Positions 1-8,928 are shown, counted from the first letter of the stretch. The stretch is 31,613 bases of DNA from Candidatus Micrarchaeota archaeon (GCA_043803815.1 JAZDJR010000025.1:1-31613); one strand, 5' to 3'. Notes: generated by a model not told the origin, from the sequence alone. Numbers and translations: made by a program.

Positions 1-51
1 AGAAGCCAGTCTGGCGACTAGTTTTTCAACAATATCTTCCGAGTACTTCAT
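1..51 (-). CDS. 5' end of a gene running off the window (MKYSEDIVEKLVARLAS...), product unknown
   Basis: ATG at 51-49 on the minus strand, GGAGGT Shine-Dalgarno at 65-60, open frame to the window edge. Confidence 0.6.
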   Translation of the reverse strand, partial: MKYSEDIVEKLVARLAS

Positions 52-60
52 AGTGGGAAA

Positions 61-200
61 CCTCCATTTTGAGCTAAAAAACGGAGGCCCCACACCCTTA
101 AACAACGTTTAAGGTGGGGACATAAGCGCTGTCACCAAACATATAGCAAACCGTGGAGGAACGGTTTGCTAGAAGCAAAAGGGGTATTGGCCCCTTTTGC
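61..200. repeat. Array of four inverted repeats/hairpins in the divergent intergenic region upstream of uvrA
   Basis: 61-87: CCTCCATTTT/AAAACGGAGG. 88-119: CCCCAC-acc-CTTAAAC/GTTTAAGGTGGGG. 144-171: perfect 11 bp TAGCAAACCGT/ACGGTTTGCTA. 175-200: perfect 10 bp GCAAAAGGGG/CCCCTTTTGC. Confidence 0.85.
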
Positions 201-281
201 AAGGATAATAAAAGGATTTTCGTACCCAAAGTATTACTTTTTCCCCAAAAAAAGCCGTTTTTAGCAAGGTAAAGAAACATT

Positions 282-3128
282 ATGCAAGACGCAATAAAAT
301 TGAAGGGCTGCCGACAGCACAACTTGAAGAATTTCGATTTGGATTTGCCGCGCAACAAGTTTATCGTGATTACGGGCCTCTCCGGCAGCGGAAAATCCAC
401 GTTGGCGTTTGACACCTTGTACGCCGAAGGCCAAAGGCGATACGTAGAGTCCTTATCCGCTTATGCCAGGCAGTTTTTGGGTTTGATGGACAAGCCCGAC
501 GTGGACTCCATCGAAGGCTTGTCGCCGGCAATCGCAATCGAGCAAAAAGCCGTGAGCAAAAACCCGCGCTCAACCGTCGGCACGATTACCGAGGTATACG
601 ATTATTTGCGCTTGTTATTCGCGCGCGTGGGGGTTCCCCATTGCCCCGTCTGCAACAAGGTTCTGGCGGCGTCCAGTACGGATGCGATTGTGGACTCGGT
701 TTTTAAGGATTTTTTTGGAAAACCCGTGCAAATTTTGTCTCCTGTGGTGCGCCAAAAGAAGGGAACCTACGAAAAATTATTTGAGGACTTCAAAAAAAAG
801 GGTTTTGTGCGCGTTCGCGTGGATGACGTGAATTATTCCTTGGGCGACAAAATCGATTTGAACAAGCAGTTAAAGCACGACATCGAAGTCGTAGTCGATA
901 GGTTTGTGGTTTCCGCCGCGGAGCGTTCGCGTTTGGCGGAAAGCGTGGAAACCAGTTCGTCTTTGTCCGACGGGTTTGTATTAATCGTTTCGGGAACGAA
1001 TGAAAAATTGTTTTCCAAAAAACTGCGGTGCGACGAGCATGAAATCAGTTTTGAGGAATTACAGCCCAGAATGTTCAGTTTTAATTCGCCTTTTGGCGCG
1101 TGCGAACAATGCCACGGCTTGGGCTTTAAGCAGGAGTTTGACGAAAAACTCATTATTCCAAACCCAGACAAATCGATTTTAAAAGGCGCAATCAGCCTTC
1201 CGGGCTACGGTTCCTTGACGGGCTGGCGGGGACAGCAATTGGCCGCGGTTGCGCGACATTTCAAGTTTGACATTGCCAAACCGTGGTATACTTATTCCGA
1301 ATCCATCAAAAAAGTGATTTTGTACGGCTCGGAAGAACTCGTGCATTTCGAGTATTCTTCCCAGTTTTCGGATTCCATGTTCAGCGGCTCCAACAAGTTT
1401 GAAGGAGTCATCCCGATTCACGAACGCTTATACAAGTCCACCAAATCCGAACGCCGAAGAAGGATGCTTGAAGAATTCATGCGAATCCAGACTTGCGGCG
1501 CCTGCAACGGAACGAGATTAAAGCCCGTGTCAAGTGCGGTAAAACTGGGAGAAAAAAACATCGTTGAAGTGACCAACCTGACGATAACAGAACTAATCGA
1601 ATTTTTTAAGGTTTTGGAATTAAACAAACAGCAATTTGAAATTTCCAAACAAGTGCTAAAAGAAATCCGGGACCGGATATTTTTCTTAGTCAATGTGGGT
1701 CTTGGATATTTGACTTTGTCAAGGCCCGCGAATTCGCTTTCGGGAGGAGAATCCCAAAGAATACGCCTTGCCACGCAAATCGGCTCCAACCTGACGGGGG
1801 TATTATACGTTTTGGACGAGCCGTCAATTGGACTTCACCAGCGCGACAACCAAAAACTAATCGAGACTTTAACAAGACTTCGCGACTTGGGAAATACTTT
1901 GGTGGTTGTCGAACACGACTGCGACACGATTTTGGCCGCGGATTTTGTCGTGGACATGGGACCCGGCGCGGGAATCCACGGGGGGCACATTGTCGCAACA
2001 GGAACGCCGGACGAAATCAAAAAAAACCCCAAATCATTGACCGGAAAATACTTGGCGGAAAAAGAAAAAATCGCGATTCCAAGTTTTCGAAGAAGGTCAA
2101 CCAAAAAACTGGTATTGTACGGAGCAAGCGAAAACAACCTCAAAAAAATCGACGTGGAATTTCCCTTGGGAGTGTTTGTCTGCGTGACGGGAGTTTCGGG
2201 AAGCGGAAAAAGCTCTTTGATTAACGACACGTTGTTTCCGCTTTTGTCCAACAAATTGAATTATTCGGACTTGTCGGTTGGAAAATTCAAAAGTTTATCA
2301 GGGTTAGGTTCCTTGGACAAAGTCATTAACATCGACCAGTCCCCAATCGGCCGAACGCCGCGCTCGAACCCCGCAACTTATATCGGACTTTTCACCCCGA
2401 TTCGCGACTTGTTCGCTTCAACCAAGGAAGCGCGCGTCATGGGATTCGGCCCCGGAAGGTTCTCCTTTAACGTGGACGGGGGACGATGCGAAACCTGCGA
2501 AGGGAATGGACTCATCGAAATCGAGATGAATTTCCTTCCAGATGTCTACATAACCTGCGAGTCGTGCAAAGGAAAACGCTACAACCGCGAAACACTCCCC
2601 GTCCTTTACAAGGGCAAAAACATCGCCGAAGTCCTGGAAATGAGCGTTGAAGAAGGATTCCGCTTTTTCGAGAACATGCCCGCTATCCGCAACAAGCTCC
2701 AGGTCATGCTCGACGTGGGGCTTGGTTATATCAAGCTGGGCCAGTCGGCTACCACCCTGTCGGGAGGAGAAGCCCAGCGCGTCAAAATCTGCAACGAACT
2801 GTCCAAACGCGGAACCGGCTCGACTTTGTATTTGCTTGATGAACCCACCACAGGATTGCACTTTGAAGACGTAAAAAAACTGTTAAACGTGCTTAACGAA
2901 CTGGTTAAGCGCGGCAACACGGTTTTGGTCGTCGAACACAATCTGGACGTAATCAAATGCGCCGACCACGTCATCGATTTGGGGCCCGACGGGGGAGAAA
3001 AAGGCGGGCAATTAATCGCCTACGGAAGCCCGGAAGAAATCGCCAAAAACCCGAAAAGCTACACGGGACAATTCCTCAAAAAAGTGTTGGTAAGGTTTGA
3101 ACCCGCCAAAATTACGGCTAAAAAATAG
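282..3128 (+). CDS. uvrA: Excinuclease ABC subunit A
   Basis: Two ABC ATPase modules (GLSGSGKS and GVSGSGKS; LSGGE signatures; LDEP), AEGQRRYVESLS motif, zinc-finger CxxC pairs, 948 aa. Confidence 0.99.
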   Translation: MQDAIKLKGCRQHNLKNFDLDLPRNKFIVITGLSGSGKSTLAFDTLYAEGQRRYVESLSAYARQFLGLMDKPDVDSIEGLSPAIAIEQKAVSKNPRSTVGTITEVYDYLRLLFARVGVPHCPVCNKVLAASSTDAIVDSVFKDFFGKPVQILSPVVRQKKGTYEKLFEDFKKKGFVRVRVDDVNYSLGDKIDLNKQLKHDIEVVVDRFVVSAAERSRLAESVETSSSLSDGFVLIVSGTNEKLFSKKLRCDEHEISFEELQPRMFSFNSPFGACEQCHGLGFKQEFDEKLIIPNPDKSILKGAISLPGYGSLTGWRGQQLAAVARHFKFDIAKPWYTYSESIKKVILYGSEELVHFEYSSQFSDSMFSGSNKFEGVIPIHERLYKSTKSERRRRMLEEFMRIQTCGACNGTRLKPVSSAVKLGEKNIVEVTNLTITELIEFFKVLELNKQQFEISKQVLKEIRDRIFFLVNVGLGYLTLSRPANSLSGGESQRIRLATQIGSNLTGVLYVLDEPSIGLHQRDNQKLIETLTRLRDLGNTLVVVEHDCDTILAADFVVDMGPGAGIHGGHIVATGTPDEIKKNPKSLTGKYLAEKEKIAIPSFRRRSTKKLVLYGASENNLKKIDVEFPLGVFVCVTGVSGSGKSSLINDTLFPLLSNKLNYSDLSVGKFKSLSGLGSLDKVINIDQSPIGRTPRSNPATYIGLFTPIRDLFASTKEARVMGFGPGRFSFNVDGGRCETCEGNGLIEIEMNFLPDVYITCESCKGKRYNRETLPVLYKGKNIAEVLEMSVEEGFRFFENMPAIRNKLQVMLDVGLGYIKLGQSATTLSGGEAQRVKICNELSKRGTGSTLYLLDEPTTGLHFEDVKKLLNVLNELVKRGNTVLVVEHNLDVIKCADHVIDLGPDGGEKGGQLIAYGSPEEIAKNPKSYTGQFLKKVLVRFEPAKITAKK

Positions 3129-3162
3129 AAAGAATTAATTAGTTAAAAAACAAAGAAGAATT

Positions 3163-3336
3163 ATGCCGAAAGTCCACCTTAGATTAAAGCCCGAAACGGT
3201 TGAGTTACAGCATCGCCTTGCATTTGAAATGTTTGGCAAGAAAAAAGGCGCGCTTTCCCAAACGACCGAAATTGCACTAAAAGTTTTAGAAGAAAACCGC
3301 AATAGTCGCAAGGCAATGCAAAAATTCCAAAAGTAA
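3163..3336 (+). CDS. 57-aa ribbon-helix-helix (CopG/antitoxin-like) protein, below the ORF-track cutoff
   Basis: Translated by hand: MPKVHLRLKPETVELQHRLAFEMFGKKKGALSQTTEIALKVLEENRNSRKAMQKFQK. N-terminal alternating beta strand, then two helices with an FGxKKGALS turn as in archaeal RHH antitoxins. AT-rich box about 25 nt upstream. Confidence 0.6.
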   Translation: MPKVHLRLKPETVELQHRLAFEMFGKKKGALSQTTEIALKVLEENRNSRKAMQKFQK

Positions 3337-3380
3337 CTTTTTCGCTATCGCTTAAAAAACTGTTTTTTGCCAATAAAAGT

Positions 3381-4976
3381 ATGGCATCCGAATTTGTATT
3401 AAGCGCCCCGCATTCTCCCGGCGTTTACCTGATGAAAGACCGCGACGGAACCGTCATTTACGTCGGCAAGGCCAAAGACATCAAAAAACGCATGGGACAA
3501 TACTTCGGCGGAAGGCCGCTTGACACCAAAACCGAACAATTGGTCTCGTTTGTCCGAAACGTCGAATTCATCATCACGAACAACGAAACCGAAGCACTCA
3601 TATTAGAATCCAACCTGATTAAAAAATTCAAAGCCAAATACAACATCGATTTGCGCGACTCGTATCGCTATCCCTTTGTCCAGATTACAAGCGAAAAATT
3701 TCCCCGCATCATTGTGGTGCGCCGGCCAAAGAAAAACGTCCAAAACCAAAAATTCGTCTACGGACCGTTTGTGGACGCGGTGGCCAGAAAAAACATGATT
3801 TCAACAGTTGAAAAAATATTCAAAATCCGAACCTGCCATCCCCTGCCCAAAAAAGCCTGCATCAAATACTTCATCGACCAATGCACAGCGCCTTGCATTG
3901 GAAAAGCAAGCGCGGAAGAATACCAAAAACAAGTGCAAAAAGCAAAAGAATTTTTTGAAGGAAAAAAAGAGGTTTTAACGGAGCACTTGAAAACCGAAAT
4001 GCAAGAACTGGCGAAAAAACGCCTGTTTGAACTCGCAATCCAAAAACGAGATTTGCTTTACAACCTAGAGCGCCAGACCGAACGCCAAAACGTGGACACC
4101 TTTGCCAAAAAAGACCAGGACGTAATTGTTTACCACAAAAGCGCGAACAAGTTTTCAGTCATGGTGTTTCCCTTCCGAAGAGGAACACTACTTGGAAAAA
4201 AAGAATTCAATTTTGGGACGGGTTTGGTTGACGAGGACATTGTCCAAGATTTTGTGCTCAATTACTATTCCGAGCAAAAGCCGCCGCACGAAATCGTTTT
4301 TGAAAAAAAATTCGTTGCAAAAGAACAGCTGGACGAAATGAAAAGCGAATTGTCCAAGCTTGCGGGCCACAAAATCGAATTCGTGTTCTCGCCAAAAGGA
4401 GAAAAAAAACAGGTTCTTTTAATGGCCAAAAAAAACCTGGAGTATGCCTTAAACCCGCAAAACAATCCGTTATTGGAACTCAAAAACAAGCTTTTGCTTC
4501 CCAAACTTCCGCTTCGAATCGAATGCTTTGATATTTCGCACCTCGGCGGCGAGGATACCACCGCTTCCATGGTTTCGTTTTCAAACGGCAAACCCGATTT
4601 TTCCAATTACCGCCACTTTCGGATAAAAACCGTTGAAGGAATCAGCGATTTTGACGCGATGAAAGAAGTCATCCAGCGCCGGTACGGCGGCTCCTTAGCC
4701 TGGGACACGCCTTTGCCCGACTTGGTGGTCGTGGACGGAGGAAAACCCCAGTTGTCCGCAGCTTTGGCCGCCTTGGCTTCGGTTCACGTGTCACTTCCGG
4801 TCGTTGCATTGGCCAAGCGCGAAGAAGAAATTTTCGTTCCGTTTCAGGACAAAGCGATTCGCCTGAAAAAAGACCAGCGGCCGCTGCAGATTTTAATGAA
4901 CGCAAGGGACGAAGCGCATAGGTTTGCGAACCGATTGAGAAAAAAACTGGTGAAAAAAAAAATTGGCGATAAATAA
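3381..4976 (+). CDS. uvrC: Excinuclease ABC subunit C, lacking the C-terminal (HhH)2 domain
   Basis: GIY-YIG domain (PGVYLM...IYVGKA), Cys cluster, RNase H-like domain (IECFDISH, VVVDGGKPQL, RDEAHRFA), then a stop. Confidence 0.96.
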   Translation: MASEFVLSAPHSPGVYLMKDRDGTVIYVGKAKDIKKRMGQYFGGRPLDTKTEQLVSFVRNVEFIITNNETEALILESNLIKKFKAKYNIDLRDSYRYPFVQITSEKFPRIIVVRRPKKNVQNQKFVYGPFVDAVARKNMISTVEKIFKIRTCHPLPKKACIKYFIDQCTAPCIGKASAEEYQKQVQKAKEFFEGKKEVLTEHLKTEMQELAKKRLFELAIQKRDLLYNLERQTERQNVDTFAKKDQDVIVYHKSANKFSVMVFPFRRGTLLGKKEFNFGTGLVDEDIVQDFVLNYYSEQKPPHEIVFEKKFVAKEQLDEMKSELSKLAGHKIEFVFSPKGEKKQVLLMAKKNLEYALNPQNNPLLELKNKLLLPKLPLRIECFDISHLGGEDTTASMVSFSNGKPDFSNYRHFRIKTVEGISDFDAMKEVIQRRYGGSLAWDTPLPDLVVVDGGKPQLSAALAALASVHVSLPVVALAKREEEIFVPFQDKAIRLKKDQRPLQILMNARDEAHRFANRLRKKLVKKKIGDK

Positions 4977-5066
4977 ATCGGGTTGCGAACTATCCGTCTC
5001 GTCGGCCTGCGGCGCTGTTTTTCGTATAAGTAGGCGTTTTAAAAAAATAAAAAAAGGCCAAACTTT

Positions 5067-5477
5067 TTATTCGGAAAGTTTGGCAATGACGATTGCTGCG
5101 GCGAATGCGCCTAACAGGGTTCCAAAAATGCTTTGGACGGTAAATCCAATGGGATAGTTCATAGTGGTGTATACCATAAAAGCGCTGGGAAGACCGGCTA
5201 CGGGCCAGATTATCCATCCGAACTGCATTCCTTTTTGGAAAACGGTTCCTTTGAGGATGGGGGCGACTTTTTGGTACACGAAAGCCATGGCTAACGCCAA
5301 AACAAACGGGTGCACAAAGTAGAGCGCCATCACGGGGTCGGAAACGCTTCGCATTCCGCCCAAGCTGAAAATGTCGTACGGCCAAATCCCGCCGACCAGA
5401 ATATTTACGATGAATGACAGGAGCCAGTAGGCAATTCCGCCGACGATTCCGGCCAAAAACCATTTTTTATAGTTCAT
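5067..5477 (-). CDS. Small four-TM membrane protein (DUF1761-like)
   Basis: Four hydrophobic segments in 136 aa, GGAGG Shine-Dalgarno upstream. Confidence 0.7.
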   Translation of the reverse strand: MNYKKWFLAGIVGGIAYWLLSFIVNILVGGIWPYDIFSLGGMRSVSDPVMALYFVHPFVLALAMAFVYQKVAPILKGTVFQKGMQFGWIIWPVAGLPSAFMVYTTMNYPIGFTVQSIFGTLLGAFAAAIVIAKLSE

Positions 5478-5532
5478 GCAATTTTCCTCCTTTGCTTTGG
5501 GTTAAAAAATTAAAAAAGAAAGATGAAGGGCC

Positions 5533-5557
5533 GCTGGCGAAGCCTTTTTTCGCCAGC
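5533..5557 (-). terminator. Hairpin downstream of tfb, followed by T-rich tracts
   Basis: 9-bp stem GCTGGCGAA/TTCGCCAGC, with T runs downstream on the minus strand. Confidence 0.45.
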
Positions 5558-5577
5558 ATTTTTTCAAAAAGGCTGTT

Positions 5578-6486
5578 TTACGCGACCACTTCGATGTTCA
5601 ACCGTTTTTTGAGTTCGCGGTAGCGGTTTCGGATAGTGACTTCAGTCACTCCGGCCACGTTCGCGACTTCTTTTTGGGTTCGGCGCTCTCCTTTCAAAAG
5701 GCCCGCGATGTAAACTGCGGCTGCCGCAACACCGGTCGGACCGCGGCCAGAAATCAGGCCGTTTCCAATGGCTTTTTCAAGGATTTTGCGTCCTTCTTCC
5801 TGGACTTCGCCCGAAAGGTTGAGTTCCGACGCAAAGCGCGGAATGTAATGAATCGGGTTGGTCAAAGGAACTTCGAGTTTGAGTTCTCGGACCAGGAATC
5901 GGTAGGTTCGTCCGATTTCTTTTTTGGTCAATCCGCTTGCTTCCGCCATTTCGTTCAGGGTTCGGGGAACGTTGTAGGTTCGGCAAACCGTGTACAAGAC
6001 CGCGGCAACGACGGCTTCGATTAGGCGTCCGCGAATCAGGCCTTTTTTGACTGTCTTGCGGTACAAAAGCGCGGCCGCTTCGACCAGTGATTCGGGAATG
6101 TTCAAGTAAGAAGCCACTCGGCGAAGTTCCGTTAACGCAATCGAGAGATTTCGCTGCATGCTGGAACTAATGGAAGCGCGTTTGTGCCATTTGATTAATC
6201 GGTACATTTGCGCCCGGCTTTTGGTTGAAAGTTTGTTTCCGCGCAGGTCGGTTCCGCGCCGGTCAATCATGGTAACTAATCCTTTGTTGACCTTGACGAA
6301 TTTCATCGGAGAGCCGGTTCGCGCGTTTTCGTCGAACTGGTCCGAGCTAAAGCTGCGCCATTCTTTTCCAAGGTCGATGACGTCTTCGTTAAGCACGAGT
6401 CCGCAGTTTTGGCAGACCATTTCGTTTCGTTCGGGATCCCGTGAAATTTTATTTTGTCCGCACTCCGGACACTTTAAGTCACTCAT
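5578..6486 (-). CDS. tfb: Transcription initiation factor IIB
   Basis: Zn ribbon CPEC...CQNCG, EWRSF B-reader, two cyclin repeats (RGR, GRGP, RTQKEVANVAGVTEVTIRNRYREL). ATG at 6486 preceded by GGGGTG. Confidence 0.98.
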   Translation of the reverse strand: MSDLKCPECGQNKISRDPERNEMVCQNCGLVLNEDVIDLGKEWRSFSSDQFDENARTGSPMKFVKVNKGLVTMIDRRGTDLRGNKLSTKSRAQMYRLIKWHKRASISSSMQRNLSIALTELRRVASYLNIPESLVEAAALLYRKTVKKGLIRGRLIEAVVAAVLYTVCRTYNVPRTLNEMAEASGLTKKEIGRTYRFLVRELKLEVPLTNPIHYIPRFASELNLSGEVQEEGRKILEKAIGNGLISGRGPTGVAAAAVYIAGLLKGERRTQKEVANVAGVTEVTIRNRYRELKKRLNIEVVA

Positions 6487-6577
6487 TTTTTTACACCCCA
6501 CTTAGAATCGATTTTTTTTCCCGCCAAAAAATCGCAAACACGCAGAAATCGGTCTAAAATCGTAAACTATATATATA

Positions 6578-6597
6578 GGAGCCTTTGAAGTATAAAA
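6578..6597 (-). promoter_or_regulatory. Probable tfb promoter (TTTTATACT TATA box plus downstream segment)
   Basis: Minus-strand TTTTATACTTCAAAGGCTCC, followed by the palindrome CTATATATATAG (6567-6578). Matches 28971-28990 at 18 of 20 positions. Confidence 0.55.
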
Positions 6598-6688
6598 ACC
6601 AATGCCTATTTTGACTACATAATGTATAGTTAATGGGGAATAAAAAGACCCCAAAATTTGGGTTGGAAAAAAGCGTTTAGCACCGATT

Positions 6689-7285
6689 TTACTTCTTTTT
6701 GGCTTTGGTTTCGGGCGCGTGTTTTTTGGCCTTGGATTCGGGCAAACCCGCTTTTGCGCCTCCGGGTTTGAGTGCGGTCTCCGAAGCTTTGGCTTCTTTT
6801 TTTGCGGCCAGTGTTTTGATTTTGTGTTCGCTTGGCGCTTTGGCGGTTCGGTCCAAAAATTCTTTGGTTTGGCTTTCGGTCAATAAAACGGCACTCACGG
6901 TTCCGCTTTGGCCCGGCCGCGAAGTGACGCGTCCGAGTTTGGTTTCGCCCGCGCACTTGAGTTCGATAATCGCGTTTTTGGTCATGATGTTTTTTCTGGC
7001 AAACTGGCGGTTCGCGCTGTTTTCTTTTACAGTCGTAACTTCCCATACTTTGGTTTTGTTGGTTTTGGGGTCGGTTACGTTCGCGTTTTTTATCCGCAGG
7101 GCTTTTGATTTGGAATTGTCTCCGCGGGTTTTGACGGATTTAATCTTAATTACGGTATCGCCGACGGCAATGGTTGTATTGGCAATATCGCCGCCGCGTT
7201 CAGACAGGTATTTGTCGCGCGCGTTAATGCTTCGGCGAAGGCCGCCGCTTGCTTTTCGATTCGATTTTCCGTGCCATTCTACCAT
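6689..7285 (-). CDS. rps8e: 30S ribosomal protein S8e (eS8) with a Lys/Ala-rich C-terminal extension
   Basis: WHGKSNRKASGG, TRGDN, ENSANRQFARKNIMTKNAII and VTSRPGQSGTVSAVLL motifs, plus about 63 extra residues. Confidence 0.95.
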   Translation of the reverse strand: MVEWHGKSNRKASGGLRRSINARDKYLSERGGDIANTTIAVGDTVIKIKSVKTRGDNSKSKALRIKNANVTDPKTNKTKVWEVTTVKENSANRQFARKNIMTKNAIIELKCAGETKLGRVTSRPGQSGTVSAVLLTESQTKEFLDRTAKAPSEHKIKTLAAKKEAKASETALKPGGAKAGLPESKAKKHAPETKAKKK

Positions 7286-7341
7286 AATCGTTTTCTCCCC
7301 TAAAAACAAATTTTTAATTGCATTGCCGACTTAATCAAACC

Positions 7342-7911
7342 ATGCGGAATCAAAAAATCGGGTCCAGTTTCGCCACTTGGGCGGTTGGAACAGCGAATAA
7401 CAAAAATTCCGACAAGGTGCTTAAAAAGCTTTCTTCGGCCAAAACCCGCCAAAACACCCGCTATTGCCTGTTTAACGCCGAATCCGCGGTTTCGGAAAAA
7501 CAGGCGGAACACGCGTTAAAAAACGCTTTACTGGGGTTTGAAAACCAATCTATGATACTAAACGATTTGGGACTTGAAATCCTGCTTCGTTTGTCCGGCC
7601 AGCGGCAAATCAAAAACGCATTGGACTTTTTCGGCGCGGGGCAAGACACCGCATATGTTGGAATCGTCGTAATTTCCAAAACAAAAAAAGAAGCAACAGA
7701 AACTTTTTCAAAAATAAAAAAAGAACTCGGTTTCAGGGAAATCAATTCGGACGATTTTTTCAGCAGGAACTGGAAAAACAATTCCGAAAAAATAAAAAAA
7801 CGCTTTGCTATTTCAAAACTCGAAATCGAGTCGTTTGGAAAAATGCCCGAACAAAAAGCGGTGGAATCCCTGGCAATGGAACGGACCGCCTTGCTTGATT
7901 TGGAAACGTAA
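7342..7911 (+). CDS. cgi121: KEOPS complex subunit Cgi121
   Basis: LGLEILLRLSGQRQIKNALDFFG signature and C-terminal ERTALL. Confidence 0.85.
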   Translation: MRNQKIGSSFATWAVGTANNKNSDKVLKKLSSAKTRQNTRYCLFNAESAVSEKQAEHALKNALLGFENQSMILNDLGLEILLRLSGQRQIKNALDFFGAGQDTAYVGIVVISKTKKEATETFSKIKKELGFREINSDDFFSRNWKNNSEKIKKRFAISKLEIESFGKMPEQKAVESLAMERTALLDLET

Positions 7912-7989
7912 AAAGTATTCAGTTCAAAAAAGTCTGTTTTTTATTTTAACGTGTTGATTTGATGGCGTTGCTTTCCCCGGAAGAATAAT

Positions 7990-8556
7990 TTACTGACGGC
8001 GTTGCTTTAACCGGAAGGATTGTTTTTTTTGGAGTATTCTATTTAGGATTTCTTGGGCGGTCCTGTTGCTGCCCGGAATGTTTGGGACATCAATCCAGAA
8101 ATATTTTCCTTTTTGGTGGGCGCTTTGGGGACAAATATGCAATCCCGCCACGAATTGATTGTGCGTATCAAAAAAATAGTGTGAATCAATATAACCCTCA
8201 TTGTTATTCACTGCGGTTTGTGGCAGGTCGAATTCATGGCGCTGGGTCCACCGCGCTGCTTCGGCATCAGTAGCCCATTTGCTCTTTCGGACTGTGGAAA
8301 GGTTTTCTCCTGACCGTAATGTCACGTCAACTTGGCGGAGTCCTGCTCTTCTGAACTTCTTAATGAGCCAGTTCATTGACTCCCTGACACTTCTTTCAGG
8401 GAGTGCTTCGACTTTCATCCGGACATTTCCATAAAATGGCCGGGCATCCTTTGCTGTTAGGCCGAGTTTTCCAAGGGATTCAATAATCATTCGTCTTCGG
8501 GACGGAAACTGGCCGGGACGTGGAAAAGTTGGTTTTCCGGTGGGGTGCGTTGGCAT
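7990..8556 (-). CDS. Hypothetical basic protein (Pro/Arg-rich N-terminus, basic C-terminus)
   Basis: 188-aa ORF filling the gap, GAGGT Shine-Dalgarno before ATG 8556, no recognisable family. Confidence 0.65.
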   Translation of the reverse strand: MPTHPTGKPTFPRPGQFPSRRRMIIESLGKLGLTAKDARPFYGNVRMKVEALPERSVRESMNWLIKKFRRAGLRQVDVTLRSGENLSTVRKSKWATDAEAARWTQRHEFDLPQTAVNNNEGYIDSHYFFDTHNQFVAGLHICPQSAHQKGKYFWIDVPNIPGSNRTAQEILNRILQKKQSFRLKQRRQ

Positions 8557-8604
8557 TACTACCTCAACAATCAAAATAGTATTTATTCATTTGGTCAGTA
8601 GCTT

Positions 8605-8928
8605 TTATTCGGTCGGAAACGTCAATTGTTCTTCGGGAATTCCCTGTTGTTTTCCATATTCAATCGCTTTTTTTCTTTCTTCAGCATTGTCTTTTTTGAA
8701 TTGGAATGCCTGTTTTGGGAATGCCACTATGAGGTTTTTTTTGTCCCAGAAATGCGCGTAAAACCCGACTTTGAGTTCTTTTTGGATTTTTTCAATCGCT
8801 TTTTTGTCGCAAAAAACCGTTTGCAGGTGCCAAAGCCGCTCCCCGCTGACTTTGACCTTAAGCAGTTGCGTTTCCCAAAGCACGTTGGGATTGGTCAAAC
8901 TTTCCTCAATCACGATTCCTTTCCACAT
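8605..8928 (-). CDS. Conserved hypothetical protein (IEESL...YAHF...GIPEEQL type)
   Basis: Motif pattern GIVIEESL / WHL / FYAHFW / AIEYGKQQGIPEEQL recalled from an uncharacterised family. ATG at 8928. Confidence 0.7.
   Translation of the reverse strand: MWKGIVIEESLTNPNVLWETQLLKVKVSGERLWHLQTVFCDKKAIEKIQKELKVGFYAHFWDKKNLIVAFPKQAFQFKKDNAEERKKAIEYGKQQGIPEEQLTFPTE

Noticed and set aside
6699-7334. 211-aa plus-strand ORF antisense to rps8e
   Set aside because: Codon-register shadow of a Lys/Ala-rich gene, with no motifs or SD
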